This document shows positions 11,566-22,429 of a stretch of 31,316 nucleotides of DNA, piece by piece. Position 1 is the stretch's first letter, and each line of letters opens with the position of its first letter. The notes beneath the pieces were generated by a model. The model was not told the DNA's origin, did no database searches, and saw nothing but the letters and a program-made list of their open reading frames with translations. The position numbers and the translations under genes were made by a program. The DNA comes from Octopus sinensis (lineage: Eukaryota), in the NCBI RefSeq assembly GCF_006345805.1, contig NW_021832314.1, positions 1-31,316 of the forward strand. The letters are read 5' to 3'.

Positions 11566-12005
11566 GTGCAGGTGTGGCTGTGTGGTTAAAAAATTAATTT
11601 CCCAATCACATGGTTTTTGGTTCAGTCCTGCATTGCACTTTGGGAAGCAGATGTCCTCTACTATAGTCCTGTGCTGACCAAAGCCCCATGACTGGATTTG
11701 ATAGATTGAAATGTCTGTCTTTGTGTATTCCTTATTGTGAAGTCACATGATAGTTGTAAATGAGCGTCACTGTCGTACAAGCAGTGCCATTTCTTTCCAA
11801 TATTCTGCAAAAACATGTCTGCCATGGGGAGAAGTATTACTTTTTGCTTGGAGATTGGTAGGGGTAGGTGATAGGGAGGGCATCCAGCCATTGAACATGT
11901 GCCTCAATAAACTCTGTTTGACCCATACAAGTGGGGAAAAGTAGGCATTATGATGATGGCAGAAATGATGATGACATGGTGATGATGATGAGGATGATGA
12001 TGGCT
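11566..12005 (+). mobile_element. Diverged family 'C' SINE head followed by RTE tail remnant
   Basis: gtggctgtgtggtt..ggttcagtcc head; gagggcatccagcc..acccataca..(GAT)n. Confidence 0.6.
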
Positions 12006-12241
12006 GGGTCCAAGTAATCCAGTGAATGCTACAACTATGGGCAATAAGTAGAAGGAAATCACTATATACATATGGGAAACTTTTCATTGGTTCCTAAACT
12101 TATCCAATAGGACACCAGACATTGTTTTATAGAATTTTGGTATAATTACAGTATTTTTTTTTTTTGTATTTGTGCATTGCCTATTCCTTTTCACAATGTA
12201 AAGTAAATAATTTTTTTTCTCTTTTTTTTCTCTCGTTACAG

Positions 12242-12267
12242 TAATAGAGCAGGAGAAAAGTAATTAA
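12242..12267 (+). CDS. TMSB: Beta-thymosin last coding exon: (I)IEQEKSN*
   Basis: Long pyrimidine tract and ttacAG acceptor at 12240-12241. The phase-1 join A+TA gives IIEQEKSN-TAA, matching the family C-terminus TIEQEK. Confidence 0.9.
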
Positions 12268-12521
12268 GATTCAAAATGGAGACCATGAAGTGGTAACTTA
12301 ACAGCGTTACGTAACCTTATTGGTTACGTTGCTGGTGGACATGGTTATCTCCGGGATCTCAAATAAGCTGTGGTTAATATCTTCACGCTAATATAATGTC
12401 TTAATTGGTGATAACATTAAATTCATCATGTAAGCCATCAGGAAAAAAAACAACCGAAAATGGCTTAATTATTCCTTAATGTAATTTTTTTTTCCTTTTC
12501 TTTTTTTTTTGCAGTTTTTTA

Positions 12522-12699
12522 AATAAAAAATAAAGAATGAAACATCTTGAATTTTCTTTCAATCTGTTTTCCTTTTTCCACTATATTTCTTTATTTTTTT
12601 ATTCTTTCATTATTATTTACATTTTACATTTGTTTTAAATTAATTTTTTTTTTTCATAATTACATAATAATTTTGTTATCACCATGTTAAAGCAATAAA
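12522..12699 (+). promoter_or_regulatory. Candidate polyadenylation signals of the thymosin 3'UTR
   Basis: AATAAA at 12522, 12529 and 12694; the last is followed by a T/GT-rich segment. Confidence 0.5.
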
Positions 12700-13227
12700 A
12701 CTACATTCCGGATGGATAATTCTATCACTGATTTGGTTTTGGGCCTTTTCATTCTTCATTGCTATTGCTAAATTTCCTTACTAATTCTTTGTCTGTGTGA
12801 GTCTCCACTCTCTTTCGATCATTCGGGTCCTTACTTTCCTTCTTCTAGGAGATTATAAAATAAAAAAAATTAAAAAAATTGAAGTAGTGCTTCCCTACAT
12901 TTTTTCTACTGCAGTCCCCCATTTTCCTATAGAAATTTTCCTATAACACCAGGCTTATGAAAGCTCATTCTACTCAAAAGACACTCATCTTCTTCCAATT
13001 CTACTTTTGTGTACCACCATGAGTCTGTAGACTCCCTGACTGAAGATTATTGATTCAAAGTCTGTTCTGCTTCAACTAGCACATTGCATCAAAAACATCC
13101 CTGGTTGTGTTTGTTGCTCAGATGGTGATAGAATGTTTGGGGTATTGCACCAGAGATTCTTTCCAACAGGGAACCAGTTGGAACCAGTCTGCCAAACCTG
13201 AAGTCAGTTACAATGTAGATGTATATA

Positions 13228-13355
13228 GGTGTATGTGTGGTAAGAAGTTTGCTTCCCAACAATATTGCTCCAAGTTCAGTCCCACTGCATGGCACACTGG
13301 GTGACCAAAACCTTGTAAGTGGATTCGGTAAACAGAAACCGAAATAAGCTCGTGT
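13228..13355 (+). mobile_element. Partial family 'C' SINE head
   Basis: tgtgtggtaagaagtttgcttccc..gttcagtcccactgc. Confidence 0.6.
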
Positions 13356-13743
13356 ACTCTCTCTTTTACTCTTTTACTTGTTTCAGTCATTTGACTGCAG
13401 CCATGCTGGAGCACCACCTTTACTCGAGCAAATCGACCCCGGGACTTCTTCTTTGTAAGCCCAGTACTTATTCTATCGGTCTCTTTTGCCGAACCGCTAG
13501 GTGACGGGGCGTAAACACACCAGCATCAGTTGTCAAGCAATGCTAGGGGGACAAACACAGACACACATATATATATACATATATACGACAGGCTTCTTTC
13601 AGTTTCCGTCTACCAAATCCACTCACAAAGTATTGGTCGGCCCGGGGCTATAGCAGAAGACACTTGCCCAAGATACCATACAGTGGGACTGAACCCGGAA
13701 CCATGTGGTTGGTTAGCAAGCTACTTACCACACAGCCACTCCT
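13356..13743 (-). mobile_element. Full-length family 'C' tRNA-type SINE
   Basis: Head aggagtggctgtgtggtaagtagcttgc, B-box-like ggttcagtcc, tail (gagtaaaa)n; homologous to 17600, 25200 and 25670. Confidence 0.9.
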
Positions 13744-13769
13744 GCGCCTGTGTATATATATATATATAT

Positions 13770-14183
13770 ATAGTGAGAATTTATGAACAAAACAAAAGAC
13801 GGAGACAAGTGTGTAGAAAACAAACAGATGTATTAGTTTAACGTTTGAGAAGTAAGAAAGTCTTTTATGTTTTGAGCCTACACTCTTCAACAGAAATAAA
13901 CAGAGAGAGAAAATAAAAAAGGTTTAGTGGTTAGCAATCTATCATATATATATATATATATATGTGTGTATGTATATTTATATATATATATATTATATAT
14001 ATATATATATATACACTTATATACTTACACACACACACATATACATATATATATCGTTCAAATTATTTACAGATAGCAAAATATGAAGACAGGTGAAAGA
14101 ACAAGCAGGTGTATTAGTTTGATGCTCAGGAAGAATGGAAAAGTCTTTGACGTTTTGAGCCTTCATTCTTTGACCTTTATATG

Positions 14184-14223
<40 letters not shown>

Positions 14224-14532
14224 TATTAGAGACAAAACCACTATTTTGCAAAACAAACAAGGAAAGACTTAATCAATACATAAAATTTTAATAAATAGTA
14301 AAAAATAGTAAAAAAATATATATTATATGAGACCAAAGTGTTCGTATGCCGCTATATTTTATATATAAAAAATAAAAAAAGGGGAGAAGAACAGAAAACA
14401 TCGAGACAGGTGAAACAAAAAAAAGGGAAAACAAAATATCCAGACAGACAATACAAGGACGGATCATTCGGGGTTTTCTATCCTCAATCAAGTTCCAGAT
14501 TATCTTTGCAATTTTGGCTGGTTATATATATG

Positions 14533-14602
<70 letters not shown>

Positions 14603-14641
14603 ATATACATATATATATATACATATACATATATATATATA

Positions 14642-14692
<51 letters not shown>

Positions 14693-15250
14693 CATATATA
14701 TATATACATTATATATTTATATATATATATATGTGTGTGTGTGTGTAAATAATAATATATTTATATGCATATATTTATACATACCTACATATATATGTAT
14801 ATATACATGCATATATGGGTACAGGACATCAAAAAAATGTTGAACACAATGAGAAACAAAAACATTGAAACAAACTTTTTTTCAGACAATGAATAAAACA
14901 AATAGAGAAACGAGACATACAACATAGAGAATATCCCCCTTCTTCAGTTGTCCCTGTTTCAACTACTCCATGTTTTAAACGTAAGGACAAAACGTGACTT
15001 CGTTGAAACAGTCCTTCCCGCAAAGGAAATTAAATAAAATTTGGGATTTTCTGCGGAGGATGAAAGTGGTAACAAGAACAGGACAGTCAGAACAAAACAA
15101 GACAGTAAAAGACAGAAAAATGAGGACAAAATAGTAAAAACAAATAATGAGGGCTGTTAAGCCAAGATGATGGAAAAATTATTCTGTATGTTTAAGGAAA
15201 CGAGCTTATGAAGAGACAGTATAAGCACGTTTAGTCTTTGCGAATGCAGT
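13770..15250 (-). repeat. Cluster of unclassified interspersed-repeat fragments and (TA)n tracts, possibly PLE pLTR-derived
   Basis: 13770-13900 and 14060-14175 are related to each other; (TA)n at 13945-14010, 14185-14220 and 14525-14730. Class is inferred only from weak hammerhead-like fragments. Confidence 0.35.
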
Positions 15251-15258
15251 AGTCAGAA

Positions 15259-15633
15259 GGAGGCGCAATGCCCCAGTGGTTAGGGCAGCGGACTCGTGGT
15301 CATAGGATCGCGGTTTCGATTCCCAGACCGGGCGTTTATTGAGCAAAAACACCTAAAGCTCCACGAGGCTCCGGCAGGGGATGGTGGTGATCCCTGCTGT
15401 ACTCTTTCACCACAACTTTCTCTCACTCTTACTTCCTGTTTCTGTTGGACCTGTATTTCAAAGGGCTGGCCTTGTCACTCTCTGTGTCACGCTGAATATC
15501 CCCGAGAACTATGTTAAGGGTACACGTGTCTGTGGAGTGCTCAGCCACTTACACGTTAATTTCACGAGCAGGCTGTTCCGTTGATTCGGATCAACCGGAA
15601 CCCTCGTCGTCGTAACCGACGGAGTGCTTCCAT
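15259..15633 (+). mobile_element. Full-length tRNA-type SINE (family 'D') with 8-bp TSD
   Basis: A-box-like tgccccagtggttagg, B-box-like gtttcgattcc; TSD agtcagaa at 15251-15258 and 15636-15643. Confidence 0.88.
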
Positions 15634-15975
15634 CCAGTCAGAAAGATGGATTCCCTCTCGTCACATGTCAGAGTGAGAGAGAGGGAGAGGAGAAGAATAG
15701 TGAAGGGTGGGAGAGAAAACCAGAGAGGATGAAGAACAAGAGAGGGAGAAAGATAGAGAAGAGATAATAAAGAAGAAGAGTGGGCATTGTAATTATTAAG
15801 ATAAAAACTTGGAAAAGGATGTGTGGCATTCGATCATATAATAATACAAATAATATATAAATATATGCATATATGTATATAAATACATGCATATGTATTA
15901 TATATATGTGTGTGTGTATATATATATATATATATTTATATGTTGCAAGCATATATATATATATATATTATATTA

Positions 15976-16110
15976 TAATTTATTATATAGAAGGAGCTTC
16001 TACAGGACTAGTACTGTTTCATTCAAGAGAAATCTTCAGGAGCTTCCTGAAGATTTCTCTTGAATGAAACAGTACTAGTCCTGTAGAAGCTCCTTCTATA
16101 TAATAAATTA
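15976..16110. repeat. Perfect palindrome, 66-bp arms, 3-nt loop
   Basis: 15976-16041 is the exact reverse complement of 16045-16110; loop gct. Confidence 0.97.
16039..16093 (+). ncRNA. Type I hammerhead ribozyme-like motif (PLE pLTR type)
   Basis: Stem I GGAGCTTC/GAAGCTCC; core CTGAAGA (16047); stem II T-TTC-tctt-GAA-T with a U.U mismatch at 10.1/11.1; GAAA (16066); stem III ACAG/CTGT around tactagtc; GUA triplet 16083-16085. Confidence 0.65.
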
Positions 16111-16174
16111 ATTTTACTCTGCTATGTATTGAGTACCTTACTTACTGTGGTTAACCCCGGATCAACCCGGGACC

Positions 16175-16247
<73 letters not shown>

Positions 16248-16694
16248 GTTAGCCATATTGAAATGGCAATATACGTCATGATGTGTTACCGCTACTGTAG
16301 ATAACTCACTTTGATATATATATATATACATATTTATATACATGCACACACACACACATAAGTAAACACGTAAATGCAAAACAATGCGGAAAAGAAAATG
16401 TTCCCTGATACCGAATGTAAAGTAATATGCTTTTATTAAAGCTGCAAAATCTTCGTAAACTGTTACTCAGAGTTGCACGTTTCCTTTCATTTGGAATAGC
16501 TGTGATAAATACTAAATTAAAATTGTGATGGTACATATAATATGATATGATATGATATAATACAATTCAACAAATAAGCATTTATATTTGATTGGCTGAC
16601 CGGTTTTCAAAATATAAAGGTGTGGTTTTTGCTACCAGGCATGTGGTGGTGGTGGCTGTAAAAATTAACAGTAAAATATAAATATATTATAATA

Positions 16695-17360
16695 GGCTGT
16701 GTGGTTAGGGAGCTTGCTTCCTAACTACATGGTTTCGGGTTCAGTCCCACTGTGTGGCACTTTGGGTAGGTGTCTTCCGCTATAGCCCCGAGCCAACCGG
16801 AGCTTTGTGATTGAATTCGGTAGGCGGGAGTTACTGCCGTGTGTGTATGTGTGCGTATAGCTGCTCAGTGCCTCTCCAAAAGAGAGAGAGGGAAAATTGA
16901 AAAAAAACTTTATATAAAATGGGGAAAATGTATATCCAGGAAATAATTAATTGATAATTAAATTAAGTAAACAGGACTGCGAGTTGGGTGTTTGGAAGTT
17001 GAGATTATAGTAAAAGACAAATAAAAAAGCAATAGACAAACAATTCCAAAACAAGAATATATAATATTTATATATATATCAGATTTTATTTTATTCACAT
17101 TTTTAGCTGTATTAGTCGCTAATAGTGAGTTATAAATGTGTGTGTGTGTGTGTGTGTGTGTGCTTGTGTTTGTTCCCAACACTGCTTGACAATTGGTATT
17201 GGTTTGTTTTGGTTCTTGTAACTTAGCAGTTGGCAAAAGAAACCAGTGGAATAAATACCAAACTTAAAGAAAAAGACAGTACTGGAACTGATTTGCTCAA
17301 TTAAACTATCTAAGGTGGTGCTCCAGCATGGCTATAGTCCAAAGATTATAACAAGTAAAC
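16695..17360 (+). mobile_element. Family 'C' SINE fragments (head 16695-16850, tail ~17140-17360)
   Basis: Homology to the full copy at 17600. Confidence 0.65.
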
Positions 17361-17599
17361 GAGATGTACATGATTTGGAGGTAGAAATAGGGTCTGTATA
17401 TGAAAATCATTGCAAACATTGAAATGTTTGAAATTTCCAAAAGCTTACCAAGTCAATGTTGAATTCTTGATTTAAACAACTAAATTGGATTGATGAGGAT
17501 AGAGCATGATTTCTTCAGCTGACATCCAATAAAGATTTGGCATTTATCCCCATAGTTAAGATAGAATAAAGTAGATTTAAAATTCTTGTCCTTAAGCAT

Positions 17600-17998
17600 A
17601 GGAGTGACTGTGTAGTAAGTAGCTTGCTTACCAACCACATGGTTCCGGGTTCAGTCCCACTGCATAGTACCTTGGGTAAGCGTCTTCTACTATAGCATCG
17701 GGCCAACCAAAGCCTTGTGAGTGGATTTGGTAGACAGAAACTGAAAGAAGCCCAGCATATATATGTATTTATGTGTGTGTGTGTATGTTTGTGTGTCTGT
17801 GTTTGTCCCCCCAACATCGCTTGACAACTGATGCTGGTGTGTTTACGTACCCGTAAACTAGTGGTTCGGCAAAAGAGACCGATAGAATAAGTACTAGGCT
17901 TACAAAGAATAAGTCCTGTGGTCGATTTGCTCGACTAAAAAGGCGGTGCTCCAGCATGGCCAAAGTCAAATGACTGAAAGAAGTAAAAGAATAAAAGA
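17600..17998 (+). mobile_element. Full-length family 'C' SINE, followed directly by a second head (18000-18165)
   Basis: aggagtgactgtgtagtaag ... ctccagcatggc..aagtaaaagaataaaaga. Confidence 0.88.
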
Positions 17999-18172
17999 GG
18001 AGCAAGTCTAGCTGTGTAGTAAAAAGCTTGCTCCCTAACCATATGGTTGCACATTCAGTTCCAGTGTGTGATACCTTGGGCAAATGTCTTCTACTATAGC
18101 CTCAGGCCAACTGAAGACTTGTGAGTGGATTTGGTTGGTGGAAACTGAAAGAAGCCCATTGTATATGTATAT

Positions 18173-18438
18173 CATGTGATCATGTGACCAACAAGGCTAT
18201 CAGATGTTGTTACACACCGCTGGTCACAATGTGCATTTGCATTGTTTTGGCTTTCAAATGACATTACTCTGCTGGCTAGATGAGCAGGCCAACATTGTCC
18301 TTTGATTGGGATGGGAACTAGAGCAATGTGGAATGAAGAGTTTTGCTCAAGAACACAATGTGCTGCCCACTTGGGGAATCGGACCCACAATCTAGTGATT
18401 GTGAGTGTAACAGCCTAAACACTAGGCCACATGCCTTC
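18173..18438 (-). mobile_element. tRNA-type SINE, head like family 'F', different tail
   Basis: Minus strand gtgaaggcatgtggcctagtgtttagg..gggtccgattcc..ttcttgagcaaaac. Confidence 0.7.
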
Positions 18439-18505
18439 ACATATATACACACATACATACATACATACATACATACATACTTTGTGTGTATATATATATT
18501 ATGTA

Positions 18506-19042
18506 TCATCATCATCATCATTTAGCGTCCGTTTTCCATGCTAGCATGGGTTGGACGGTTTAACTGGGGTCTGTGAAGCCGGAGGGCTTCATCAGGCCCA
18601 GTCAGATTTGGCAGTGTTTCTATGGCTGGATGCCCTTCCTAACGCCAACCATTCCGTGAGTGTAGTAGGTGCTTTTTACGTGCCACCTGCACAGGTGCCA
18701 GACAGCTGGCAAACGGCCACGAACGGATGGTGTTTTTACGTGCCACCAACACGGGGGCCAGGCGAGGCTGGCAACGGACACGAACGGATGGTGCTTTTTA
18801 CGTGCTACCAGCACGGCACGGGGGCCGGCGAGCTGGCAACGGACACGAACGGATGGTGCTTTTTACGTGCTACCACCGACACGGGGGCCAGGCGAGGCTG
18901 GCAACGGACACGAACGGATGGTGTTTTTACGTGCCACTGACATGGGGGCCAGGCGAGGCTGGCAACGGACACGAACGGATGGTGCTTTTACGTGCTACCG
19001 GCACGGGGGTAGGCGAGGCTGGCAACGGACACGAACGGATGG
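18506..19042 (-). mobile_element. RTE 3'UTR/tail with ~6 internal 60-66-bp tandem units
   Basis: (CAT)n + tttagcgtccgttttccatgctagcatggg; repeated ggcaacggacacgaacggatgg at 18705-19040. Confidence 0.85.
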
Positions 19043-19044
19043 TG

Positions 19045-19285
19045 CTTTTTACGTGCCATGTGTGTATGTCTTTGTGTTGGTGTTTGTCCCCCACTACTGT
19101 TTGACAACCAGTGGTGATGTCGCTGTAACTGAACAGTTCAACAAAAGGGACCAATAAAATAAGTACCAAGCTGGAAAAGGAAAAAAATATGTACTAGGTT
19201 TGATTCATTCAACTAAAAAATTCTTCAAGGTGACCATGCCCCTGCATGGTTGCAATCTGATGACTGAAACAAGTAAAAGATCAAA
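19045..19285 (+). mobile_element. Family 'C' SINE tail, diverged
   Basis: gtgtttgtcccc..ttgacaacc..aataagtac..atgactgaaacaagtaaaaga. Confidence 0.65.
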
Positions 19286-19854
19286 AGATAGACATACACA
19301 CACACAGACAATAACATTCTTTAAAATGGCATAAACCTATGACTTACTTGTCAAAACTGATTTGCTCTGAGGCACTTAAAGATCAAAGGTGATCGAATCT
19401 ATGGGTTACCTTTTAGAAATGTTGCAAGCATCTGGATCTGGTCTCTCATTTGAGGATACTATGCTCTCTAACTCCCACTAGCTGGAAGCCCTGTAAAGAG
19501 TCATGGGTGCTGTCTTTCCTTCTGACTCAAAGTTCTATATATGTTTATATGAATGTGTGTGTGTGCGTGTGTATACATATATGTACATTTGTATGTATCT
19601 ATATATACAAGGGTGAACCCAAAAGTAACTGGAAATGTTTTCTGTGGGACAAGCCCATTGTAGTTCAGGCTTCTAACACTAGAAGCCACTTGATGCAACC
19701 CTCAGGCATCAGTCTGCCAATCGGCAGCGTCCAGTGAAGTCATACTGCCACGTGGTGTGTCTTTGTTTTGCAGTGCTTCTTCCCTGTTTGTCGATTTTTT
19801 TTTTGCAATGGTTTAAATCAAGGAACAGCATACTTCTGTGAAATTCTGTTTTCT

Positions 19855-20330
19855 TATTTCTTTATTGCCCACAAGTGGCTAAACATAGAAGGGACAAACA
19901 TGGACAGACAAAGGAATTAAGTCAATTACATCGACCCCAGTGCATAACTGGTACTTAATTTAGGCGGCGAGCTGGCAGAAACGTTAGCATGCCGGGCGAA
20001 ATGCTTTGCGGTATTTCGTCTGCCATTACGTTCTGAGTTCAAATTCCGCCAGGTCGATTTTACCTTTCATCCTTGCAGGGTCGATAAACTAAGTACCAGT
20101 TACGCACTGGGGTCGATGTAATCGACTTAGTACGTTTGTCTGTCCTTGTTTAACCTCTCTGTGTTTAGCCCCTTGTGGGTAGTAAAGAAATAGGTACTTA
20201 ATTTATCGACCCCAAAAGGATGAAAGGCAAAGTTGACCTTGGCGGAATTTGAACTCGGAACGTAAAGACAGACGAAATACCACTAAGCATTTTACCTGGC
20301 GTGCTAATGTTACTGCCAGCTTGCTGCCTT
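19855..20330 (-). mobile_element. Full-length family 'A' SINE inserted in the mariner (~22-bp TSD), itself host of a nested copy
   Basis: cttctgtgaaattct(g/a)ttttct at 19833-19854 and 20328-20349. Confidence 0.85.
19962..20192 (+). mobile_element. Full-length family 'A' SINE with 12-bp TSD
   Basis: TSD ggtacttaattt at 19950-19961 and 20193-20204. Confidence 0.9.
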
Positions 20331-21532
20331 CTGTGAAATTCTATTTTCTGCTTGGGAAGACAGTGGCTGAAACAGTTGTCATGCATCAAACAGCTTACAA
20401 GGATGCTGCCATGATTAAAACACAAGTTTACGAGTGGTTTTTACATTTTAGGAATTGTTACTTGTCGCTTGAAGACCAACCTTGTTTAGGATGACTGTCA
20501 ACCTCCCAAATAAAAAAAAAAAAATTGTGAAAATTTACGAATTGTTCTTGACAAGCTTGTTGATATGACTGGTCTGTCCTGGAGCTCCTGCCAACGAATT
20601 TTGAGTGAAGAATTGTGAATGAAAAGAGTTGCAACAAAATTTGCCCCTTGCTTGCTCAAGGAAGATCAAATACAGTGACGACTGAATGTGTGTCGTGAAC
20701 TGAAAGAACAGTTGGAAGTTGATGTGGACCACTTTTCAAAGGTCATCACTGGTGATGAAAGCTGGATCTATGGAATTTGCAGATGTGGGAAAGGCAAAGA
20801 AAAGAACAATGGAAGCGTTAAAAGGCATTACTTTGCTTGAGTTCCAAGACCGCTTTGAACAGTGGAAAACAAATCTGGACTGATGCATTGCTTCAAATGG
20901 AGAATACTTTGAAGGTGATAAAAGTGTTAACATGTAAAATGAAGTGAATAAAAGAATATTCGAAAATCCCAATTTCTTTTGGGTACCCCCTCAGATGTGA
21001 ATATGTGTGTGCGAGCATGAATATATATATATATGTATATGTGGTTAATGAGAGACATGGAAGACGGAAGATACAAGAATTTTTATTGATCACTACAATT
21101 GCTTCGACCCATCTAGCATTGATCTCTCGTGGGTGGGGTACTTAACAGCTGTTTCGGGTGTATCCAATGGCGGATATATGTCTCTTTGGGTGAAAATAAG
21201 ATATAACTCATTAAAATAATGGCTGTTCTGCAAGTTATCTGCTTCGTTCATGTAAAGAAAACCAGCAAGTAATAGGGCAAAGCTTCATTTATATAGAAGA
21301 TCAATAATAAATAACATGCAAAAAAAGAAACAAATACACAATACACCCCAAAAAATGTATTTAATATAAACGTTAATGTGTATGGATGTATAATCGTCCT
21401 CGCATAGGTTGTATGGAGCATGTACTTTCACTCAAACAATTTATTATCTTACATGTACATATATTATATTTTATGGATATAGGGATAAGTATGTACAGAT
21501 GCATGTGAATATACATATGTGTATATGTATAA

Positions 21533-21567
<35 letters not shown>

Positions 21568-22354
21568 AATTAAAAATGAGGGTGTCTAAAAGACACCAAC
21601 ATGCCGAAATAGCAGTCGAAATTCTGACTATAAAACTACGTTAAATGTTCATATCGCACCATGAGGTAAAGCGGGACAAAACAAACAAGCAAAATTATTG
21701 AATAATTCAAGATCCAAGGATTTCTGGTTCTGCTTTAAATAAGCTTTACCGTCATCAATTGAATATATCAAGGGTACATAAATACAGATATATATATGCA
21801 CAGCAAACAATATACTTACATATACGAGCGTCGTACATACATACATATGCACGTATGGACACAGCCTGTTGAATCGCCCGCCAAATCACCGCATAATTCC
21901 GATATGGTGCGATATGAACATTTAACGTGGTTTTATAGTCAGAATTTCGACTGCTATTTCGGCATGTTGGTGTCTTTTAGACACCCTCATTTTTAATTGT
22001 TAAAAAATTTTTTTACCTTTGTAAGGTATTTCTTTCATTGCTGGCCACTTGATAATTTCGACACTTAAATATCGATATTATCCTCATATATAAATTTATA
22101 TAATTCGTTATTATATTCACTGCGGTGCTTATTTTAACCATGTCGTACTTATGCGTTGCTTTGGCGGGCGATTCAACTGGCTGTGTCCATACGTGCATAT
22201 GTATGTATGTACGACGCTCGTATATGTAAGTATATCGTTTGCTGTGCATATATATATCTGTATTTATGTACCCTTGATATATTCAATTGATGACGGTAAA
22301 GCTTATCTAAAGCAGAACCAGAAATCCTTGGATCTTGAATTATTCAATAATTTT
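21568..22354. repeat. Interleaved inverted repeats A-B-A'-C-B'
   Basis: A 21568-21662 / A' 21904-21998 (95 bp, 1 mismatch seen); B 21691-21885 / B' 22160-22354 (195 bp, 3 mismatches seen). Confidence 0.92.
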
Positions 22355-22429
22355 TTACTTGTATGTTTGGTTAATATAAAGCGTTACACATATCAGAAAA
22401 TCAAAAAAAAAATGTATGTAATAGATGTA

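Larger units (their letters stand above)
1814..12241 (+). other. Thymosin intron, 10,428 nt, GT-AG, phase 1, TE-rich
   Basis: Defined by the two coding exons. Confidence 0.85.
19608..20993 (+). mobile_element. Tc1/mariner transposon, internally deleted, interrupted by nested SINEs
   Basis: TA + caagggtgaacccaaaagtaactgg left TIR; right TIR ttttgggtaccccctc. Transposase remnants VKFYFLLGKTVAETVVMHQTAYKDAAMIKTQVYEWF (HTH) and FQDRFEQWK..CIASNGEYFEGD (C-terminus). Confidence 0.88.

Noticed and set aside
1814-12241. Search for additional WH2-repeat exons (multi-repeat, ciboulot-like thymosin)
   Set aside because: Acceptor-like sites (e.g. ~2060, ~3480) give short frames with early stops and no thymosin motif. 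Manual scan only.
13860-15020. Hammerhead-like fragments on the minus strand (CTGTTGA..CTC-AAAA at ~13870-13895; TGAGGA..CGAA at ~14460-14490; CTGAAGA at 14941-14947)
   Set aside because: Core nucleotides or stems are missing in each case.
21144-21189. Minus-strand hammerhead-like remnant (CCAAAGA...GAAA-CAGCTG-TT)
   Set aside because: Palindromic stem III and GAAA present, but CUGA is mutated and stem I does not pair; at best a dead pLTR relic.
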